The translations under genes were made by a program, and so were the position numbers. Below the pieces are notes generated by a model, which had not been told where the DNA came from, made no database searches, and saw only the letters and a program-made list of their open reading frames with translations. Below, one piece after another: positions 44,301 through 45,384 of a stretch of 45,384 nt of DNA. The number at the start of each line of letters is the position of its first letter. The stretch's first letter is position 1. This DNA comes from Stramenopiles sp. TOSAG23-2 (Eukaryota): assembly GCA_900128395.1 (NCBI GenBank), contig LT649288.1, positions 1 to 45,384 on the forward strand, in the 5' to 3' direction.

Positions 44301-45358
44301 CAAAATACTGGAATTGATCCTCGATTTTGCACATGTGATGTAATGCGACCATCACCAACGTGTTCTATAATTTGTTCCACTTCTACATCATTAGCAACTT
44401 TGCCATCATCACTAATACCTCTTTTTAAATATCGTGTTCCTGCAAAATGTCTACTCCTACGTGCTATTACTGTCAATCGTATTTCCTCTCCAAATAATAA
44501 ACATGGTTGCTGCTCAAAACTACCATATACAAACTCAACAAACCAACTATCACATTTAACATTGTTTTGAAATTCATTTATTAAGAAATGATTCCATATG
44601 TACATACTTGCCGGCTTTCGCTTTTTCTCATCAAATTGCTTTAAATAATTGCTTTGAATACTTCGAGTAATATCATATGTATAACTGAAAAAAAAATCTT
44701 TTGTAAAATCTATTTGATTAAATATTCTACGATAATCTTTTTCACTCGCTTCCAAAGGTGTTTGAGTGACACGTAAATTATTAAATGTTTGTTTCACGCG
44801 ACCAAAAAAAGATTGTTCCACTTGTTCTATACGTGCTTTCCATATTGGCATCATGATAGTGCTTTCTAAAGAATAGATATTATGCCCAGCCACGGTACCT
44901 TCTAATATCTTCTTAGTACCTAAAATTAAATAATATCCTTGCAAAAATTTCACAAATCCAAGCAGTACACTTGCAATTGTTACTGAAATAAATCCTTTTG
45001 TCTCCCCAGCTTCTACGGTAGATATTATGGACTGTACTTCATTCCAAGAGTAATTATGGTCATCCTCTTGTATTATATCATTCAAAGATGTAAGTGAGTC
45101 ATCACGATCTAATTTAATTAAACGATACGTTTTTTCATTGGGATTATTATTATTGGAAGAATTGGATTGTGATATTTGATGGGGTTGATCAGACCTGCCA
45201 AATAAATAGATGCGAGCTTGTGTTTCATATACTTGTATTGATCGAAATTTTGTTAGATTTGGAGAATACTTATTATCATTATCATCATTATTATTATTAT
45301 TATTATTTTCTTGATATCTTGTTAAACGTTGTTTTAGATAATTTGATGCCTTGGACAT
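41315..45358 (-). CDS. FIG4: SAC-domain polyphosphoinositide phosphatase, FIG4/Sac3 type
   Basis: FFFSYTYDIT, ARRSRHFAGTRYLKRG, ANDVEVEQI, RGSIPVFW, catalytic RVNCIDCLDRTN, YYSNSFTDKLKQDAINL. Confidence 0.93.
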   Translation of the reverse strand: MSKASNYLKQRLTRYQENNNNNNNDDNDNKYSPNLTKFRSIQVYETQARIYLFGRSDQPHQISQSNSSNNNNPNEKTYRLIKLDRDDSLTSLNDIIQEDDHNYSWNEVQSIISTVEAGETKGFISVTIASVLLGFVKFLQGYYLILGTKKILEGTVAGHNIYSLESTIMMPIWKARIEQVEQSFFGRVKQTFNNLRVTQTPLEASEKDYRRIFNQIDFTKDFFFSYTYDITRSIQSNYLKQFDEKKRKPASMYIWNHFLINEFQNNVKCDSWFVEFVYGSFEQQPCLLFGEEIRLTVIARRSRHFAGTRYLKRGISDDGKVANDVEVEQIIEHVGDGRITSHVQNRGSIPVFWTQKTSATDPKPDIILAQSKGAENVPLPLDPFFFSTKMHLEDMISRYGAPITCLNLVRLKEKKPREILVGSRFREAIQSINITTPAKNKVTYLELDYKHLQKAGRGHYHLDALAECAETSLKETDYFLYNAKRNLPSNKNNSVSISFDDLVDKHMDDHSIDSNDASSSKNNNGIDKIAIKYYHGACKLAHVIIKMKDRSCGTFMFWEYHGEMVVTTVCSDNYSLNHIVLWKENDKFVLRSGDRVSTLFEAMIKMQELTIGLINRGTDFHSPFEEESVLKYKKTSDNDSNNKMNDPQEEKVSDANYNVMLQAGVLRVNCIDCLDRTNVAQFYMGLRVLGKQLWSMGIDMRAPNSSMDAKDVSLDDHAPVVRVVMLMYERLGDRISMQYAGSQAHKKVSGQPVGKDVNSNSRSAEVLTSIRRYYSNSFTDKLKQDAINLVLGHFIPSIHTSEHYIKSIMPLEGPPKKVWERDGDYYWHNKLHLQDYVPSYEKMSRKWWSETPLDTVEETVEEEEEVKESDDGTNSASHFSSSSSRYTNTYECFDDAKTYVQLTELAIDHNRHGRQMCLSKQLEEERAILSLSERGLDNNVLHWVIDLLKGNPFVDIKHDIIKTEFPLWKDDREYEKPYTSLSKDGEFIINQPSWDPYADTPPVMEDVIFGKQGNIKFSALCGSAMTNSSIMIGSPIGGGGSLKVTEVRDAKSNSIMSDSKQSLYNSSIGIKNKSYSTSSVSDNNFMISNQNTIGKHNNKEFLKMLRNQSIDYSTLTAEEPEGDGDIEEEDDIEEEITTKSERRFSFFNRNPSPDPINNDNDNSKTALGFDTLTKQVYGKYKYPITSNDKPLQTSDLVTNNNNKDMQYNKPNDNVDAKSLKKEFNKGSVSMIVEDDYLIEGDHDLSMDKSMLDSSNHSIDTYKIGDESVGIYKSYVAIDRYTDACYENDSNEKIFDVTGLRQSEIENYSTKYSTAEEFLFESKERGEYYNKPERIMKDYMKNLLVEEY

Positions 45359-45384
45359 ATTTTTTTTTTAAATTCTTATTTTAC

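Noticed and set aside
2320-44570. Many short antisense or overlapping ORFs in the track (e.g. 2320-2793, 7852-8403, 29962-30459, 42141-42635)
   Set aside because: Shadows of real genes on the opposite strand or low-complexity spacer ORFs, with no recognisable motifs
1-45384. Stop-codon reassignment
   Set aside because: Conserved genes (ARPC1, TMED, FATP) end at the expected TAA, Trp is TGG throughout, and only one internal TGA was seen

Overview
Gene-dense, AT-rich nuclear DNA from a microbial eukaryote. Standard genetic code, few short spliceosomal introns, many Asn/Gln runs. Arp2/3, BART and p24 genes fit a flagellated phagotrophic protist; a stramenopile is possible but this is inference only. 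About 21 protein-coding genes are supported, including an RNI-like LRR protein, a TadA-type deaminase, a BART coiled-coil protein, an AGC-like kinase, ARPC1, a VWA protein, a coiled-coil/cNMP protein, SEC14-GOLD, FATP, PhoD, an S1 sulfatase, TMED/p24-alpha and FIG4. I found no tRNA, rRNA or CRISPR. The window has many 96-450 bp tandem duplications, one 45-nt block that is the un-reversed complement of its neighbour, and a 51-nt ectopic insert, so the assembly carries merge artefacts and single-base oddities need read-level checks. Best biological leads: a degenerate SH2-like module inserted in the FIG4 SAC domain; an in-frame UGA inside a cNMP domain with a weak SECIS-like hairpin; a MITE-like element whose internal unit recurs inverted on the far side of a small gene; a 75-aa microprotein with a cyclin-docking-like tail; and a recurrent (TAAATC)n upstream motif.
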